This document shows, one piece after another, positions 63,006-64,000 of a stretch of DNA of 64,000 nucleotides. Both the position numbers and the translations under genes were made by a program. Origin of the DNA: an uncultured Candidatus Planktophila sp. GTDB lineage: Bacteria; Actinomycetota; Actinomycetes; Nanopelagicales; Nanopelagicaceae. Where the stretch lies: positions 69 to 64,068 of the forward strand of contig CAYWWZ010000001.1 in assembly GCA_964462495.1 (NCBI GenBank), read 5' to 3'. The notes below the pieces were generated by a model. The model had not been told where the DNA came from. It made no database searches and was given only the letters and a program-made list of their open reading frames with translations. Every line of letters starts with the position of its first letter. Position 1 is the first letter of the stretch.

Positions 63006-63997
63006 TTGAGGCGACCTCCGGCGATAGAGATGAGTTTGCGCGCTTTCAATTGGGTTTCTTCCCATTCCGATTGGGGCGAACTTCCCCACGTAATTCCAGC
63101 GCCTGTACCGAAGTGAAGAACCTTCTCGTTCTTCTTCCAAAATGTACGAATGCCAACCGAGAGAAGCGCTCTCTCGCCCTCAACCCAGCCGATAACTCCG
63201 CAGTAAGGTCCTCTAGGTTCTTCTGTATTTTCGATGATAGATAGCGCAGCGTTCTTGGGAGCTCCACTCACCGAACCGGGTGGGGTCGTCGCTGTGAATA
63301 TCTCCGACCAGTTCGCGCCCTTATGGAGCTTGCCCGCGACATCCGATACGAGGTGAGAAAGACCGGGATGTTTTTCATGCCTGAAGAGCTTTTCAACGAC
63401 AACAGTTCCCGGTTCACAAATTCTTCCTAGATCATTTCTCATGAGATCGACAATCATTAGATTTTCAGCTTTATCTTTCTCACCAAACTCGCCTTCTTCT
63501 TCACGAATGGTCCCCTTTATTGGAGAGGTCTTGATACTCTGGCCGGATTTGGTCAAAAAAAGTTCAGGCGAAGCAGAGGCGATCTCCAGATCCGGCAATT
63601 TTAGATAACTTGCATACGGAGCAGGATTTTCAGTTAACAATCGTGAAAATAACCCCGCAAGTGATTGGATGGGGTTTGCCAAATGATTCGAAACGATGCG
63701 ACAGGCGTTAACCTGGTAAACCGAACCTTTTGAAATTTCTTCTCTGATTTCGGCTACGTAACCTTCATATTCTTTCTGATCCAGCGAACTTATCCAATCA
63801 GTTCGCAATTCTTCCCACTCTGACTGAGGAAACTCCTTTTCCTCTATCTTCCCGAAACGTGCAAAAGTAGATTCACCTTCGAATGAACGGACCACCGCCC
63901 AGAAACCTTTGCCATCCAATTTATTTGGATCCTGTGTTATCTCTTCTAACGCGGTAGCCAATCGACCACCCATCCAGAATTGATAGCCGTCGTTCAT
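63002..63997 (-). CDS. Chorismate-binding enzyme (PabB/TrpE component I-like)
   Basis: YQVN, SASPELF, PIKGT, AENLMIVDLMRNDL, PPGSVSGAPK, RGPYCG, EWEET.LKA; start is at the window edge. Confidence 0.88.
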   Translation of the reverse strand: MNDGYQFWMGGRLATALEEITQDPNKLDGKGFWAVVRSFEGESTFARFGKIEEKEFPQSEWEELRTDWISSLDQKEYEGYVAEIREEISKGSVYQVNACRIVSNHLANPIQSLAGLFSRLLTENPAPYASYLKLPDLEIASASPELFLTKSGQSIKTSPIKGTIREEEGEFGEKDKAENLMIVDLMRNDLGRICEPGTVVVEKLFRHEKHPGLSHLVSDVAGKLHKGANWSEIFTATTPPGSVSGAPKNAALSIIENTEEPRGPYCGVIGWVEGERALLSVGIRTFWKKNEKVLHFGTGAGITWGSSPQSEWEETQLKARKLISIAGGRLK

Positions 63998-64000
63998 GAG

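Noticed and set aside
1-64000. tRNA/rRNA, CRISPR arrays, IS/integrase, prophage or defence systems
   Set aside because: None seen; nearly all sequence is assigned to housekeeping CDS and the intergenic gaps are short.

Overview
Gene-dense core-chromosome segment of a streamlined actinobacterium with moderate GC (roughly high-40s % by eye, not computed). Gene content and compaction are most consistent with freshwater acI / Nanopelagicales ('Ca. Planktophila'-like); this taxonomy is inference. The first ~10 kb holds salvage and membrane genes (apt, OafA-type acyltransferase, tdk, alcohol dehydrogenase, NCS2 permease, ung, serB). The rest is a mostly minus-strand, compacted version of the conserved actinomycete block thrS-pgsA-pimA-pdxST-ruvCAB-secDF-rel-hisS-aspS-alaS-aro-efp-nusB-bldD-pyr-mihF/gmk-rpoZ-coaBC-metK-priA-def-fmt-rsmB-rpe-hisEG. 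I saw no tRNA, rRNA, CRISPR array, IS or prophage. Most interesting: (1) an in-frame fusion of the nucleoid protein mIHF to guanylate kinase; (2) a BldD orthologue with an intact c-di-GMP RxD-X8-RxxD motif in an apparently non-sporulating organism; (3) a 202-aa pseudo-GTPase remnant of EF-G2; (4) a candidate structured anti-SD leader (riboswitch or PyrR-like) in front of a nucleobase permease; (5) pervasive leaderless TANNNT-N5-7-start promoters, several of which reuse the upstream gene's stop codon.
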